Positions 22,173 through 22,961 of a stretch of DNA of 22,961 bases are shown here, piece by piece. The notes below the pieces were generated by a model that had not been told where the DNA came from, made no database searches, and worked only from the letters and a program-made list of their open reading frames with translations. Each line of letters begins with the position of its first letter. Position 1 is the stretch's first letter. This stretch comes from a virus. Location of the stretch: the IMG/VR virus record IMGVR_UViG_3300028026_000005, positions 1 through 22,961 of that record; one strand, given 5' to 3'. Both the position numbers and the translations under genes were made by a program.

Positions 22173-22961
22173 AGCTGAAGGCAGTATCGCTCTCAGCAGC
22201 CGGCGTTGCAACCTCCTTGTTATCGCTCGCAAAAATAGCATTGAGAGGGCATACAAAAAAGTAATAGACGCACTCGTGCCACAAACCGATCGTGAAACAA
22301 CCATGGGTAAATTTGAACTAGATTTTAGATCTGCTGAAGAAGAAAATAATTTCTACGAGACTATTGATCTGATTACTAACGCTGAGATAATTTTTACAGA
22401 CGTTAACAACCTTCTTGAAGGCGAATTAATGATGTATGCTCGCAAAAAAATAACAAACCCAAGCGTAGGTACTGTACCGTCAGATGTTCAGGCAGGTAAA
22501 ATTGATTTATTCCTCCGTCGAGTTGATGAAGTAATACGTCTTATGTCTTTTTTTCAGCACTCTGGAAGAATGGCGTTCGGTGAAGCGCGCAAGATTCGCG
22601 ACGAGTATTGTGTCAGCGATCTAAGCAGCGCCTTTGCCAGAGAAAAAATGGCAGACGTGATTGTAAAAAGAGAACTAGATAAAACGCTGAGAGCGGCTAA
22701 GAGGTTGCTTGATATATTCTTAGATAACGACGCAGGTCGTCTTGAATTTAAGATAGGAGGCGTTAATCAATTTGTCTTTTCACTCAGCGACGAAGAATTT
22801 GAGTTCTGGGCATCTCTTAGTAGTCTTTGGCGCTTGGGTTTCAGAAAACTTAATCAACGTGTTGACGGAGAGCTTTTCAGGTACGCACTGAAAAAAATAA
22901 TTGGTACAGAAACTATAAAGTCAGGAGAACGAGCGCGCGAAGAAATCCTTGGACGGTTTGC
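22159..22961 (+). CDS. Hypothetical protein, 3'-truncated by the window edge (not in ORF track)
   Basis: AAGGAGG RBS at 22146-22152, GTG 22159; the frame is open to the end (MLIAKAEGSIALSSRRCNLLV...MGKFELDFRSAEEENNF...). Confidence 0.8.
   Translation, partial: MLIAKAEGSIALSSRRCNLLVIARKNSIERAYKKVIDALVPQTDRETTMGKFELDFRSAEEENNFYETIDLITNAEIIFTDVNNLLEGELMMYARKKITNPSVGTVPSDVQAGKIDLFLRRVDEVIRLMSFFQHSGRMAFGEARKIRDEYCVSDLSSAFAREKMADVIVKRELDKTLRAAKRLLDIFLDNDAGRLEFKIGGVNQFVFSLSDEEFEFWASLSSLWRLGFRKLNQRVDGELFRYALKKIIGTETIKSGERAREEILGRF

Larger units (their letters stand above)
1..22961 (+). mobile_element. Segment of a probable large phage or prophage genome (accessory/nucleotide-metabolism region)
   Basis: All credible genes are on one strand. 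Many are short hypotheticals with coupled starts/stops, alongside ThyX, MazG-like, SSB, HNH and DUF7666-like genes typical of phages. There are no cellular housekeeping operons, and no structural hallmark gene is in the window. Confidence 0.8.

Noticed and set aside
1-22961. Stop-codon recoding (alternative genetic code)
   Set aside because: Recognisable genes are intact in code 11, and TAA, TAG and TGA all end genes at coupled junctions.
1-22961. tRNA or rRNA genes
   Set aside because: No cloverleaf seen. GTTCAAG at 760-766 lacks a T-stem, and the 23S-like motif at 813-827 is only ~15 nt.

Overview
The window looks like an accessory or early region of a large bacteriophage or prophage; this is an inference. 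About 45 densely packed genes all lie on the + strand, with ATGA/TAATG couplings, strong Shine-Dalgarno motifs and sigma70-like promoters. Recognisable products are ThyX (carrying an unusual C-terminal LRV-like repeat tail), a MazG-like NTP pyrophosphohydrolase, an SSB-like OB-fold protein and a degenerate HNH-HTH protein. No capsid, terminase, integrase, tRNA, rRNA or CRISPR array is visible. The most striking feature is a tandem array of four paralogous genes (10982-14760) carrying 12+8+10+1 copies of a 29-aa (87-bp) repeat; the first three also share an N-terminal DUF7666-like domain. The repeat scaffold is nearly constant, while positions 2/3, 5/6 and 9/10 are hypervariable, as in a natural library of binding proteins. 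Also present are five LRR proteins, a block of exported or lipoprotein genes rich in D-[ST]-[ALVIMT] sequons, a promoter-driven highly structured ~146-nt RNA (725-870), a promoter-short RNA-terminator leader (15900-16011) and a long imperfect intergenic hairpin (21081-21194). All family calls come from reading motifs by eye, not from database searches.
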